Source: Candidatus Woesearchaeota archaeon
GTDB taxonomy: Archaea; Nanobdellota; Nanobdellia; Pacearchaeales; GW2011-AR1
Reading direction: 5' to 3'
Assembly: GCA_964576755.1 (NCBI GenBank)
Contig: CAZNUV010000003.1
Span: forward strand, 30,206-94,205
Length of the DNA stretch: 64,000 bases
Within the stretch, counting starts at the first letter, position 1. Every line of letters begins with the position of its first letter. Shown here piece by piece: positions 8,773 to 18,783 of the stretch. Below the pieces are notes generated by a model that searched no databases, was not told the origin of the DNA, and worked only from the letters and a program-made list of their open reading frames with translations. Position numbers and translations under genes: made by a program.

Positions 8773-11091
8773 ATGCCTAAGAAAGTTTCTATAAAAAAGA
8801 GCAAGAAAAAAACAGTTTCTAAAACAAAGAAAACTGCTAAGAGCAAGAAGAAAGAATCTAGTTTTAAGATACCTAGTAAGAAAACTACTAAGGTTATTGG
8901 AAAAAATGCTGTTACTCTAATTATTACTGAGAAACCTCAGGCAGCTGAAAAAATAGCTGCAGCACTTAGCGACGGCACAGATAGAAAAGTTACAAACAAG
9001 TCTAAGGTATCTTATTACGAGTTTTCACGTGATGGTAAGAATTATGTTGTGGGGTGTGCAGTAGGACATTTATTTGGGATAGCACAGATAAAGAAAACCG
9101 GGCCTTTTCCAAACTTTGATGTAGAGTGGAGACCGAATTACGAAAATAAGAGGGCTGCATATACTAAAAAATATTTTGATGTTCTTAACAAATTATCTAA
9201 AAATGCTAACGAGTATATTGTGGCAACAGATTATGATGTAGAAGGAGAAGTAATTGGTCTCAATATTGTGAGATTTATTGCAGGGATGGATGATGCAAAG
9301 AGAATGAAATTTTCATCTCTAACAAAACCAGAACTAGAAAAAGCATTTACAAATTTATCACCTCACTTAGATTGGAATCAGGCAGTTGCAGGAGAAACTA
9401 GACACTATCTAGACTGGTATTACGGTATTAATCTCTCTCGTGGATTAATGAAGGCACTATCTTCTACAGGAAAGTTTCAGATTCTTTCAATTGGTCGTGT
9501 TCAAGGACCTGCACTATCTCTGGTTGTAGAAAAAGAACTAATTATACAAAAGTTTAAACCACAACCCTACTGGCAAGTATTTTTACAAATTCAAGATTTA
9601 AATAAGAATAAGGCAGAGGTACAGTATATTAAAGATTTAACAAAAAAATCAGAACTTTTAAAATTTAATCAACTAAAAGGGAAAAAAGCAATAGCTACTA
9701 CTGTAATTAAGGAGGAGATTGTTAATCCACCATTACCATTTGATTTAACAACACTTCAGACAGAATCTTATCGTTTTTGTAGCCTGACTCCGAGTCAGAC
9801 ACTTCAAACAGCCCAATCACTATATCTTGCAGGTCTTATTTCTTACCCTAGAACATCTTCTCAAGAATATCCAGAAGATATTGGTTATTATAAAATATTA
9901 AAACAACTAAAAAAACACACTAGTCTTGTGAAATATGCAGTAAATAAAAAACCTACAAAAGGTAAGAAAACAGATCCTGCACACCCGGCAATTTATCCAA
10001 CAGGAGAATTTAAAAAATTAAGTGGAAGTGAAAAAAAACTTTACGACTTAATTGTTCAGAGATTTATTTCATGTTTTGCAATTCCTGCAATTGTTGAAAG
10101 TAAAAAATTAACAGTAAAATTAGATGGATTAAATTTTGTTGCAAGAGGTTTAGTAATAAAAGAGAAAAATTGGATAAATGTTTATCCTGCAAAATTAAAA
10201 GAAGAAAAACTAGACACAATCAACGGAGAGGTAGATATTAGAGAATTAAGAATAGAAGAAAAAATGACAAAACACCCAAATAGGTATAGTCCTGCTTCCC
10301 TAGTTAGAGAGCTAGAAAAGAGAAACCTCGGGACAAAGGCAACCAGGGCCAATATAATTGAAACTCTTTATTCTAGAAACTATGTAAAAGAAAAATCAAT
10401 TCAGGCAACACCCCTTGGAATGAAGCTTGTATCTACACTAAAAAAACACTCTCCGATAATTCTTGATGAACAACTAACAAGAGAACTAGAAAATGAAGAA
10501 CTAGTAGAATTAAAAGCAGGAAAGTCAGAACTAGAAGAAAGAGAAAAAGAAATTTTAGATAAATCGAAAAAAGTTATAACTGAGATTGCTAAAAGTATGA
10601 TTAAACACCAAGAAAAAATAGGCAGAGAATTAGCAGAAGGAACAGTAGAACTTCGAGAAGAACAAAGAAAAGAAAACACCCTAATGAAATGTCCTAAGTG
10701 TAACAAAGGAGATTTAGTTATTTTGTACAATAGAAAGTCTAGAAGATATTTTGTAGCTTGTAATGCTTACCCAGAATGTAAAAATACTTACACTCTCCCC
10801 CCTTATGGATTAATGAAACCTGTACAAGATAAAGAAGGTCAACCAGAATTATGTCAAGAGTGTAAATTTCCTTTAGTAATGGCCTTGCAAAAAGGTAAAA
10901 GGCCATGGAAATTCTGTTTTAATCCAGAGTGTCCTAGTAGAAAAAGAGCAGAGGAAAATAAGGAGAAGAGAGAACAGGAGCAGGCAGAAGAAACTGATAA
11001 GAAAGGGAAAAAAGTAGCAGAAAAAGTCGCACTAAAAAATACAGAAGCTAGTGAAAAAGAAAAGAAGAAAAAAAGTAGAAAAAAATTATAA
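8773..11091 (+). CDS. topA: DNA topoisomerase, type IA (TopA/Topo III-like), with C-terminal zinc ribbons and Lys-rich tails
   Basis: Toprim start LIITEKPQAAEKIA and DYDVEGE. Active-site region SYPRTSS. C-terminal CPKC...C..YPEC and CQEC...CFNPEC. Confidence 0.9.
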   Translation: MPKKVSIKKSKKKTVSKTKKTAKSKKKESSFKIPSKKTTKVIGKNAVTLIITEKPQAAEKIAAALSDGTDRKVTNKSKVSYYEFSRDGKNYVVGCAVGHLFGIAQIKKTGPFPNFDVEWRPNYENKRAAYTKKYFDVLNKLSKNANEYIVATDYDVEGEVIGLNIVRFIAGMDDAKRMKFSSLTKPELEKAFTNLSPHLDWNQAVAGETRHYLDWYYGINLSRGLMKALSSTGKFQILSIGRVQGPALSLVVEKELIIQKFKPQPYWQVFLQIQDLNKNKAEVQYIKDLTKKSELLKFNQLKGKKAIATTVIKEEIVNPPLPFDLTTLQTESYRFCSLTPSQTLQTAQSLYLAGLISYPRTSSQEYPEDIGYYKILKQLKKHTSLVKYAVNKKPTKGKKTDPAHPAIYPTGEFKKLSGSEKKLYDLIVQRFISCFAIPAIVESKKLTVKLDGLNFVARGLVIKEKNWINVYPAKLKEEKLDTINGEVDIRELRIEEKMTKHPNRYSPASLVRELEKRNLGTKATRANIIETLYSRNYVKEKSIQATPLGMKLVSTLKKHSPIILDEQLTRELENEELVELKAGKSELEEREKEILDKSKKVITEIAKSMIKHQEKIGRELAEGTVELREEQRKENTLMKCPKCNKGDLVILYNRKSRRYFVACNAYPECKNTYTLPPYGLMKPVQDKEGQPELCQECKFPLVMALQKGKRPWKFCFNPECPSRKRAEENKEKREQEQAEETDKKGKKVAEKVALKNTEASEKEKKKKSRKKL

Positions 11092-11099
11092 ATATCTTT

Positions 11100-11855
11100 T
11101 TAAATCCAGCCCCGTTTTCTAATACCTTGATTAGTAATTTCAAAAGTCAGTTCTTTTTCAGGCATAGAACGATGTTTTTTAATAATCAATTTTCTTTTCC
11201 CCCGATTATTTTGAATCTCAATTAAACATTTAGACCAATATTTTAAAAGGTCTCCACCAACCATACTAACTCCTTTTTGGACTCCTTGCTTAATTTCTTC
11301 TGAGGATAGAAATTCTGCATAGACTTGATTAGTTACTATTATGGGTATCTCTTGTTTTCTTGCAATTTCATTTAATTGTTTCAATTGTTCAGATAATTTT
11401 CTATTAACTTCTCTTATTTGCTCATCTTCTTTAGATTTAATTGCATCTCCAAGTTCAAGTCTATAAAGCATTGCAATACTGTCTACGATAATTAGAGAGA
11501 CATCTCCCATCTTAACTTGTTTATTTAATTCTAAAAAAGCCTGCTCTTGTTCTTTAAATGTAGTTGGTTTTAACAACAAAATGTTTTCTAGAACTTTTTC
11601 TAATTCTTCTGACCCTTCTTTTCCAGAACCTAAAATTTGTTTTATTCTATCTGATGAAAAACCTCCTTCAGTATCGATGAATATGACTTTATTTCCTTTT
11701 TTGGCTTGACTAACTGTTACAATCATACAAAAATTAGATTTTCCACTTCCTCCAGGCCCATAAAAAGTGGTAATTATATCTTTTTCATAACCTCCAAAGA
11801 GAAATTTGTTAAGATCATAACTCCCTGCAGAGATTTTATTTCTATAGCTTTCCAT
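11100..11855 (-). CDS. radB: RadB-type RecA-family ATPase
   Basis: 251 aa. Walker A GPGGSGKSNF and Walker B LIIVDS. No N-terminal HhH domain, so RadB rather than RadA. Confidence 0.75.
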   Translation of the reverse strand: MESYRNKISAGSYDLNKFLFGGYEKDIITTFYGPGGSGKSNFCMIVTVSQAKKGNKVIFIDTEGGFSSDRIKQILGSGKEGSEELEKVLENILLLKPTTFKEQEQAFLELNKQVKMGDVSLIIVDSIAMLYRLELGDAIKSKEDEQIREVNRKLSEQLKQLNEIARKQEIPIIVTNQVYAEFLSSEEIKQGVQKGVSMVGGDLLKYWSKCLIEIQNNRGKRKLIIKKHRSMPEKELTFEITNQGIRKRGWI

Positions 11856-11935
11856 AATTAAAAATATTAAATTAAACTTTTAAGGATTATTGTGATAGAT
11901 AAAAGGTTTATAAACCATTTTTGCCAATTTATTTT

Positions 11936-12214
11936 ATGGTCAAGAAAAAGAGTGAAAGAAAAGAAGCTTGGATGAGGATTATTGTAGGAATAATCTCTGG
12001 GCTTTTACTTGGAATTTGGAGATCTCTGATTTGTATCTTAACAATAATCCATTGGTTTATTGTTGTATTTAGTGGTAAAAGGAACAAAAACATTGCAGAT
12101 TTTTGTGAGTATTGGAATACAGAATTCTATAAACTTACAAGATACATGACTTTCGAAACAAACAAAAGGCCTTTCCCTTTTAGTTCACTTCAAAGATTCA
12201 ACAAGTTTGAATAA
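11936..12214 (+). CDS. Small membrane protein, DUF4389-like
   Basis: Start moved from TTG at 11921 to ATG at 11936 because TTTATAAA begins exactly 29 nt upstream. Pattern VVFSGKRNKNIADF...YMTFETNKRPFPF resembles DUF4389. Confidence 0.5.
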   Translation: MVKKKSERKEAWMRIIVGIISGLLLGIWRSLICILTIIHWFIVVFSGKRNKNIADFCEYWNTEFYKLTRYMTFETNKRPFPFSSLQRFNKFE

Positions 12215-12313
12215 TAACTAAAAATTTAAAATTTTCTTCTTTTTTTATTACTTAATAAGAAATATACATTAAAATATCTATAATCTTAAAAATAAGACTT
12301 TTTTTATTCTTGA

Positions 12314-13441
12314 ATGGCTAAAAAACCAAATAAAATACTTAATCTTGAAAAATGGGTTAGTCGCCAGAATGTTAGAAGAGATACAAGTCTTTTAAGAGAA
12401 GAATTTAGTAAATTTGGTAATGATAATTGGTATATCCATAATATGCTTGTAAGATTTAATTTAGCAGGCAAATTAAATAATGCTCGCTGGCTAGGTAAAC
12501 AATTTACAGAATATGAAGATTCTAATATTCTGCGAGGTTTAGATAGGGAACAACCAGTTATGGAAGTTTTAAAAGATAAATTTACATTCCATAGATATTC
12601 TCCACAACGGAATATGTCCCATAAAAAAGTTTTTAGAGAATTAATTGTTTTAAGTGGAGATGAAGAAAAAGAAATAAGAGAATTATTTAAAAAAGCAGAT
12701 TTAGTTAATTCTGAAAAATGTTATGGTGGTGATTCATATTATATGGGTCCTGGAGGAGAGTGCAAATCATTCAGGGTAAACAGTTATTGGTTTTCACCAA
12801 TTATCGATGGTGGTAAGATGGATGAGATTATTATAAATCTTGAGAAAAATAACGATTTTGCAGCATTAACCCTGCATTGCCATGGTTTGAGATGCGCATA
12901 CAGGCCTAATTCTTGGAATCATTTTCTTGCATATGAATTTAAAAATAATCTCCATTGTATTGAAAAGCCACTTGACAGTAGAATTATTGCCTCAGATAGA
13001 AAAAAGAATAATATTAAGACAGTTATCGATAAGAAAGTTGTTCAGCCAGGAAATTTCCTTTTTGTTTACCAAGGACAAGATGGAAGTTACACCTTTCAAG
13101 GTTTGGGAATGTTTGATATGTTTGGAAAGTTGTCAGGCATGCATAAAAACATGATAGATCATACCCTTGCTAACTTAGATGAAAATCCAGAGTTTAAGTG
13201 TATAAGAATTTATGATGGTCTTGCCTGTGCTGTTACAATGCAGAAAAAAGATTTTTGGACAAAAGAGTTTAATAAAAAACCAAGAGAACAAGTTCTTAAA
13301 ACTCTTGATAGAAGATTAGGAGCTGTATGTGATATTTCAAAACTTCCAGTAGTCTCCTTACTTCCACATACTACAGACAAAATGTATTTACCCTATGAAA
13401 ATAAGCCCTTAGACTCTACAGATTTTTATTCATTATTATAA
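12314..13441 (+). CDS. Hypothetical protein (375 aa), Cys/His-rich, no recognised domain
   Basis: Long clean ORF with its own TATA-like box near -28. Confidence 0.6.
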   Translation: MAKKPNKILNLEKWVSRQNVRRDTSLLREEFSKFGNDNWYIHNMLVRFNLAGKLNNARWLGKQFTEYEDSNILRGLDREQPVMEVLKDKFTFHRYSPQRNMSHKKVFRELIVLSGDEEKEIRELFKKADLVNSEKCYGGDSYYMGPGGECKSFRVNSYWFSPIIDGGKMDEIIINLEKNNDFAALTLHCHGLRCAYRPNSWNHFLAYEFKNNLHCIEKPLDSRIIASDRKKNNIKTVIDKKVVQPGNFLFVYQGQDGSYTFQGLGMFDMFGKLSGMHKNMIDHTLANLDENPEFKCIRIYDGLACAVTMQKKDFWTKEFNKKPREQVLKTLDRRLGAVCDISKLPVVSLLPHTTDKMYLPYENKPLDSTDFYSLL

Positions 13442-13473
13442 GAATTCTAAGAAATACCTAAAATTAATAAAAA

Positions 13474-14049
13474 CTAGTTTCCACGTCTTCTATTAGCTCT
13501 TAGAGATGGTCTAACTTTTGGAGCTTTAATTGTACTGTTTCTAAGTCCACGAGCTTTTTTACCTGCACTTGTCTGAGCTCTAAAAGCTCTACCCCTTGAA
13601 GAAGGTTTTGTTATGAAATTTAACTGTCTATCCGATTTTATTTCTGGTTGTTCTCTATCAACTAAGATTATTTCATAGAAATAATTTATACCATCCTTAC
13701 CAATCCAATATGAATTAAGAACTTCCATATTTTTATATTTTCTAGAAGCTCTTTGTTCTGCAATTTCTTTATAGTTCATTTTAAGAACTTTTTTAGGAGT
13801 CATTCTTTTACTCCTTCTACCCTTATGTGGTCTAGTTCTTTTTCTACCACCTCGGCCAATTCTTACCCTAACTACTATGATTCCTTTTTTAGCTTTATAC
13901 CCCATAGCTCTAGCTCTGTCTAATCTTAATGGTTTTTCAACTTTTACAATAGTGTTTGATTTTCTCCATTCAATCATTCTTTTTTTCAATACTTCTCTGT
14001 CTGGTTTTTTCCAGGCTTCTCTTAAATAGTGAAATAATCCTTTTGTCAT
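13474..14049 (-). CDS. rpl15e: 50S ribosomal protein L15e
   Basis: MTKGLFHYLREAWKKPD...RPHKGRRSKRMT and a basic C-terminus are typical of L15e. Confidence 0.9.
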   Translation of the reverse strand: MTKGLFHYLREAWKKPDREVLKKRMIEWRKSNTIVKVEKPLRLDRARAMGYKAKKGIIVVRVRIGRGGRKRTRPHKGRRSKRMTPKKVLKMNYKEIAEQRASRKYKNMEVLNSYWIGKDGINYFYEIILVDREQPEIKSDRQLNFITKPSSRGRAFRAQTSAGKKARGLRNSTIKAPKVRPSLRANRRRGN

Positions 14050-14111
14050 GTTTATACTTGAAAAAATAGGTTTTTAAAGCTTTTTAGTTGAATTTATTTT
14101 TAAACACAAAA

Positions 14112-14186
14112 TGAGCCTGCGCGGATTTGAACCGCGGGCCTCTGCCTTATCAGAGCAGCGCTCTAGCCTGGCTGAGCTACAGGCTC
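14112..14186 (-). tRNA. tRNA-Ile (anticodon GAU), 75 nt, no intron, no encoded CCA
   Basis: Hand-folded: GAGCCTG TA GCTC AGCCAGGCTA GAGC G CTGCT CTGATAA GGCAG AGGCC CGCGG TTCAAAT CCGCG CAGGCTC A. All stems pair. Confidence 0.9.
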
Positions 14187-14264
14187 ATCTTATAGACTTG
14201 TTAGAAAATGGTTATTTATAAAGTTTAAGTTTTTTCTTTTTCAGAATATTTGAATTACTTAATA

Positions 14265-14522
14265 TTATACTGGAAAAATTCTTCCAGGAAATTTAAATCC
14301 AAGGAATGATTTTGATTTAAAATAAATTTCTTCTTGTTTAACTAAATCATCAATAACTTTTCGTATTTGAAATCTTGTTAAATTATCTTTATGAAAAGTT
14401 TTAGAATAACTCTCTATTAGTATCATTAGGCCAACACTAGTATATTTTCCAGGATTTTTTTCAACAACTGAAACAGCATATTCATAAAAATGTTTTAAAT
14501 TAACTTCATTTTCTAGATTCAT
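14265..14522 (-). CDS. Hypothetical protein (85 aa), possibly winged-helix
   Basis: Starts 8 nt after the upstream gene, so likely the same operon. Confidence 0.45.
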   Translation of the reverse strand: MNLENEVNLKHFYEYAVSVVEKNPGKYTSVGLMILIESYSKTFHKDNLTRFQIRKVIDDLVKQEEIYFKSKSFLGFKFPGRIFPV

Positions 14523-14530
14523 TTTAAAGT

Positions 14531-15220
14531 TTAATTTTTAAGTTCGAAAAATAGTCTGCCTTGATCTAAATAATACCTTAATATTTCTGCTTTTATTGGT
14601 AAGGATTTGAAAAAACAATTCAGTTTTGAATATGCTCTAATTTCTATTCCATCTTCTAATTTTGTAATAGTAATATCTTTTTTATCCTTGACTCCCGGAA
14701 CAGATATTTCATAAATAATTCTATCAGATAATCTTCTTACTATTGATTCTGCATCTTTCATTGGCAAAGTTCTTCTTCTTCGCATTTCTTTTTCAGATAT
14801 TTTTTCCTGTTTAATTGAGATTTCTTTTTCTTGTTTTGCATTAAAAGAATCCTTATTCTTTTGAGATTGGGATTGGTTGTTATTGTTCCTTAATTGTTCT
14901 ATCTTTGGAGGCTTTCCAGTTGAGATTTGAATCTTAAATCCCCTCATTCCTCCAGGATTATTTTGATTAGAACTTGGATTATTAAATTCATCTAATTCTG
15001 AAAATTGTTTCCCTAATTGTTTAATTAAGGAATCCATTATTTTATTCAGTCCAAAAGGCATCTTAACCTGGTTTTGCACTTCTCTGAATATATCATCTCT
15101 TCCAAGCATTCCGAAATCATCTTCTTCTCTTTGCCTTTTGAAAGAGGTTCCACAGTAAGGACAATAGTCAAATTTCTTACTTATTTTGTTGCTACATCGA
15201 GGGCATTTTTTTCTTAGCAT
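14531..15220 (-). CDS. Zinc-ribbon protein with a C-terminal alpha-crystallin (Hsp20-like) domain
   Basis: N-terminal CPRC...CPYC. C-terminal YEISVPGVKDKKDITITKLEDGIEIRAYS...LPIKAEI...GRLFFELK resembles an sHSP alpha-crystallin domain. Confidence 0.55.
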   Translation of the reverse strand: MLRKKCPRCSNKISKKFDYCPYCGTSFKRQREEDDFGMLGRDDIFREVQNQVKMPFGLNKIMDSLIKQLGKQFSELDEFNNPSSNQNNPGGMRGFKIQISTGKPPKIEQLRNNNNQSQSQKNKDSFNAKQEKEISIKQEKISEKEMRRRRTLPMKDAESIVRRLSDRIIYEISVPGVKDKKDITITKLEDGIEIRAYSKLNCFFKSLPIKAEILRYYLDQGRLFFELKN

Positions 15221-15332
15221 ATAAAATTAAATAATAACCATCTTTTAAATGTAATGTTAACATTGTTTAGATTGGTTCTAACAAAATAGAATCTATAGAA
15301 AGATTTAAATTTAATGAGATGTTATTTTTTAT

Positions 15333-15782
15333 ATGGGTTGGAAAGATTTAAGTGGTCTAGCAAAAGGCGGAATTATCGGAGCAATTATAGGATTTCTATT
15401 GGGTATTGTAGGAACAATTATCTCATATTCTTTTTCTACTTGTCCTGCTGGCATGGCTTGTGCTGTTAGTCCAATAACTAAACTTACCAGCATAATTATC
15501 GCCGGAGTGGTTTTAGCAGTATTAGGATTTATTATTGGAAATATAATTGGGCATATCATTGAAAAGAGAAAAACAGGAGAGATTTGGAAAAATACCTCTT
15601 ATTGGGTTAAAGGAGAAATAATCGGAGTTATTCTACTTATTTTAGATATATTAGTTTTATATTTAACTCCAATACCTAGCTTTATGGGAATTCTCTTAGG
15701 GTATTTAGTTTTTCCATTTAATCTAGTTATTTTAGGGATTATTATTGGGGTGATTATTGGAAAAATAAAACATAAAAGCTAG
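15333..15782 (+). CDS. Gly/Ile-rich membrane protein (149 aa)
   Basis: 4 hydrophobic helices. AGATTTAAATT box lies 21 nt upstream of the ATG. Confidence 0.6.
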   Translation: MGWKDLSGLAKGGIIGAIIGFLLGIVGTIISYSFSTCPAGMACAVSPITKLTSIIIAGVVLAVLGFIIGNIIGHIIEKRKTGEIWKNTSYWVKGEIIGVILLILDILVLYLTPIPSFMGILLGYLVFPFNLVILGIIIGVIIGKIKHKS

Positions 15783-15783
15783 T

Positions 15784-17226
15784 TTAAATATGATGTTCTA
15801 TTTTTTCAAATGCGTGTTCTACAGCATGGAGCTCTCTTCTAATCCCACTAGCTGGATTAAGTTCTCTAATAACTAAGGGAAGAGTTGCCTTTCTTACATA
15901 TCTCACTTCTTTTAAAGACTTAGAAAAAATAAAATAAACTACAAATCTTAAAATTCCTGAAACTAATATGATAAATAGGAGGGTATTCATAAATCCGATA
16001 TTAAGTAATGCTAAACCAGAGCCAATTAATGCTCCTAAGAATAAACCCATTCCTGTAAAGAAATTAAAATAAGTTAACCCATAGCTTCTTTTTTGGGAAT
16101 TAACAGAATCATAAATATAATTTGTACTAGCAATCATAAATCCTGCAAAACCAAATCCGCTAAAAATTTGGGGAACGATTAATAGATAAAATTTAAGAGA
16201 TAAATCTGTAAGAGGTAAATAAGCTGATAAAACCCATAAAAGAGGTGTAAGTGGCCAGATTAAACAGGAAATTCTAAGTAATTTTATATTCCCATATCTA
16301 TCTGAAAATTTTCCTACAATTGGATAGAAAAATAAAAGAAAAAGAGTTCCAGAAACTGTTATTGCCATAAACCAAAAATAAGAAAATCCTAAATCCCTTA
16401 ATAAATAAACTGCAAAAAAGGGAATAGCAATGTTCCTAGTAAGATTAATCATGGTTGCAAAAAATGTAAATCTTCCAAAGGGAGTATTCCTTCCCTTTTG
16501 TATAAAATCTTTCAGAGAAAAGTAATCTTTCTTTTTTATTTTTAATTTTGGTTCATACTGATTATGGAGCAAATGAAGAGTAAACACTCTTAGTAAAAAT
16601 GCAATAATAAAAATTACTCCAAAACCAATTAAGACAATTCCAAGTTTTTCAAACTGGTCTAGAATTATTGCACCAACTAACATACTGAACAATCCGAAAA
16701 ATCCAGCAATCCTATTCCTTTTTCCAAAATATTTTCCACGTAATTTTTTAGGGACAAGAGAACCCATCCAAGAAAACCATGGAGGATAAGCAACAGCACC
16801 AATAGCAAAGAATATTCCGGCTAATAAAATAAATATCCAAGGGAGATATTTTAAAAAAGAAGAATAAGGAAATTTTAATAATAAAAACAAGGATAACAAA
16901 ATTATAGGTATATAGATTAAATTTTGAAGTTTCACAAATTTTATTGTGAGCCTCTTTCTTGAAGATGTCTCAATTAATCTTGAAGATTTTAATTGGACAA
17001 TACTTGGTAACAAGTTAATTAGGGCGTTTAAAATACCAATTTCACTAGAAGTGGCATTTAGAGCAAGTGCATATGGTGTAAAATAGGAAGTTCCAAAACC
17101 CGCAGATGCAGAAGCATAAGTCCCCTCTTTAATACTTAATTTTAAACTCTCATCTATTTTCCTTTTAATTATTGGATGATTTTCACCAACTTTTTTTTCT
17201 GAACTCTGTTTAACACCCCTTTCCAT
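15784..17226 (-). CDS. MFS-type transporter
   Basis: 480 aa with about 12 hydrophobic helices and a central basic loop. Confidence 0.6.
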   Translation of the reverse strand: MERGVKQSSEKKVGENHPIIKRKIDESLKLSIKEGTYASASAGFGTSYFTPYALALNATSSEIGILNALINLLPSIVQLKSSRLIETSSRKRLTIKFVKLQNLIYIPIILLSLFLLLKFPYSSFLKYLPWIFILLAGIFFAIGAVAYPPWFSWMGSLVPKKLRGKYFGKRNRIAGFFGLFSMLVGAIILDQFEKLGIVLIGFGVIFIIAFLLRVFTLHLLHNQYEPKLKIKKKDYFSLKDFIQKGRNTPFGRFTFFATMINLTRNIAIPFFAVYLLRDLGFSYFWFMAITVSGTLFLLFFYPIVGKFSDRYGNIKLLRISCLIWPLTPLLWVLSAYLPLTDLSLKFYLLIVPQIFSGFGFAGFMIASTNYIYDSVNSQKRSYGLTYFNFFTGMGLFLGALIGSGLALLNIGFMNTLLFIILVSGILRFVVYFIFSKSLKEVRYVRKATLPLVIRELNPASGIRRELHAVEHAFEKIEHHI

Positions 17227-17333
17227 AATGTAGTGATAGTTTTTTGAGTTATAAATATTATGGATTTGGGTGTTTTCCCTATCAGTTCCTTAGTTGTAGT
17301 TAGTTTTTTATATGCTTTTGATTTGTATGCTCT

Positions 17334-18782
17334 ATGGTAAAAAAGAAATTTTATGTTACAACTCCGATATACTATGCAAACTCAGAACCGCATATAGGCA
17401 GTGTATACACCACTGTTGCAGCAGATATTTTAGCAAGATGGCATAAGTTATTAGGAGAAAATGTCTTTTTTCTAACTGGAACAGATGAGCATGGGCAAAA
17501 AATACAAGAAATAGCTCAGAAGAATAATCTTAAACCTAAAGAATATGTAGATAAAATTGCTAACAAGTTTCAGCAAGTTTTCAAATCATTAAATATCTCA
17601 AATGATTATTTCATCAGAACAACAAATAAAGAACATGAAAAACAAGTTAAAGAAATTCTTCAAGATTTATATGACAAAAAATTAATCTATAAGGGAACTT
17701 ATGAGTCTTATTATTGTGTTGGATGTGAACAATACTTAAATAAAAATGACTTAATTGATGGCAAGTGTGTGTTACATAAAAAAGAACCAGAAATAATTAA
17801 AGAAGGTTCTTATATGTTCAAACTTTCAAACTTTCAAGAAGAAATATTAAAATCTATTACTTCTGAAAAGTTCAATATTCTTCCTAAAAAAAGGAGAAAT
17901 GAGATGCTTTCTTTCATTAAACAAGGTATTAATGATATTCCTATTTCAAGACTTAAATCAAAAGTATCCTGGGGTATTGATTTGCCATTTGATAAAGAAC
18001 ATACTTGTTATGTATGGGTTGATGCTTTTTGGAATTATATTACTGGGCTAGTTATTAATAAAAAATTAAAAGAATTCTGGTCTCCAGATATTCAATTAAT
18101 GGCTAATGATATTTTAAGAGTTCATGCTACAATCTGGCCGGCCCTTCTTATTTCTCAGAAAAAAGAATTACCAAAAAATATGTTTATTCATGGTTATTTT
18201 ACTGTTAATGGGCAGAAAATGTCAAAATCTTTAGGAAATGTAGTAAATCCAGATTATCTTGTAGAAAAATATAGTACAGATACATTAAGGTATTTTTTAT
18301 TTAGAAATATTCCTTTTGGACATGATGGAGATTTTTCTGAAAAAGATTTAGCAGAAAGACACAACAATGAGCTTGCAAATAAACTTGGAAATCTGGTTTC
18401 AAGAACTACAACTCTTGCTGAAAAATATGGTATTAAAAAAGTAAAAGAGAATAAACTTTTAAAAAAGTTAAAATTAAAACAGATTCAAGAGCATTTTGAA
18501 AATTTTGAAATTGATAAATCTTTAACAGAAATTTTTGCATTTGTTGATTTATGTAATGAGTATATCCAATCAAAAAAGCCATGGGAAACTCATGATCGCG
18601 AGGTTCTATATGAGTTAATTGATTCAATAAAATCAATTGCTATTTTATTATGGCCCTATATTCCTAGTACAAGTGAAAAGATTTCAAAGAATCTTGGTTT
18701 TGACTTGAAATTTTCAGAAATACAAAAGCCTCTGAAAAATACAAAGATTAAAAAATCTGAGATTCTATTTAAAAAAATATAA
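17334..18782 (+). CDS. metG: Methionyl-tRNA synthetase, bacterial (Bacillus-like) type core without the C-terminal tRNA-binding domain
   Basis: TTPIYYANSEPHIGSVYTTVAADILARW, TGTDEHGQKIQ, KMSKSLGN, and one CxxC...C knuckle. Confidence 0.9.
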   Translation: MVKKKFYVTTPIYYANSEPHIGSVYTTVAADILARWHKLLGENVFFLTGTDEHGQKIQEIAQKNNLKPKEYVDKIANKFQQVFKSLNISNDYFIRTTNKEHEKQVKEILQDLYDKKLIYKGTYESYYCVGCEQYLNKNDLIDGKCVLHKKEPEIIKEGSYMFKLSNFQEEILKSITSEKFNILPKKRRNEMLSFIKQGINDIPISRLKSKVSWGIDLPFDKEHTCYVWVDAFWNYITGLVINKKLKEFWSPDIQLMANDILRVHATIWPALLISQKKELPKNMFIHGYFTVNGQKMSKSLGNVVNPDYLVEKYSTDTLRYFLFRNIPFGHDGDFSEKDLAERHNNELANKLGNLVSRTTTLAEKYGIKKVKENKLLKKLKLKQIQEHFENFEIDKSLTEIFAFVDLCNEYIQSKKPWETHDREVLYELIDSIKSIAILLWPYIPSTSEKISKNLGFDLKFSEIQKPLKNTKIKKSEILFKKI

Positions 18783-18783
18783 A

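Noticed and set aside
10401-10730. Antisense or alternative-frame ORFs inside large conserved genes: 10401..10730, 18433..18636, 19700..19885, 30289..30483, 37288..37598, 48595..49707, 49927..50118, 52533..53233 and 58185..58406
   Set aside because: Each is fully contained in a gene with strong motif evidence on the other strand or frame. Such ORFs are common in AT-rich DNA.
12927-13154. Nested plus-strand ORF 12927..13154
   Set aside because: It is an alternative frame inside the longer 375-aa ORF, with no independent signals.
15329-15559. Minus-strand ORF 15329..15559
   Set aside because: It is antisense to the 149-aa membrane protein, which has the canonical promoter spacing. Both translate as hydrophobic because of Gly/Ile codon symmetry.
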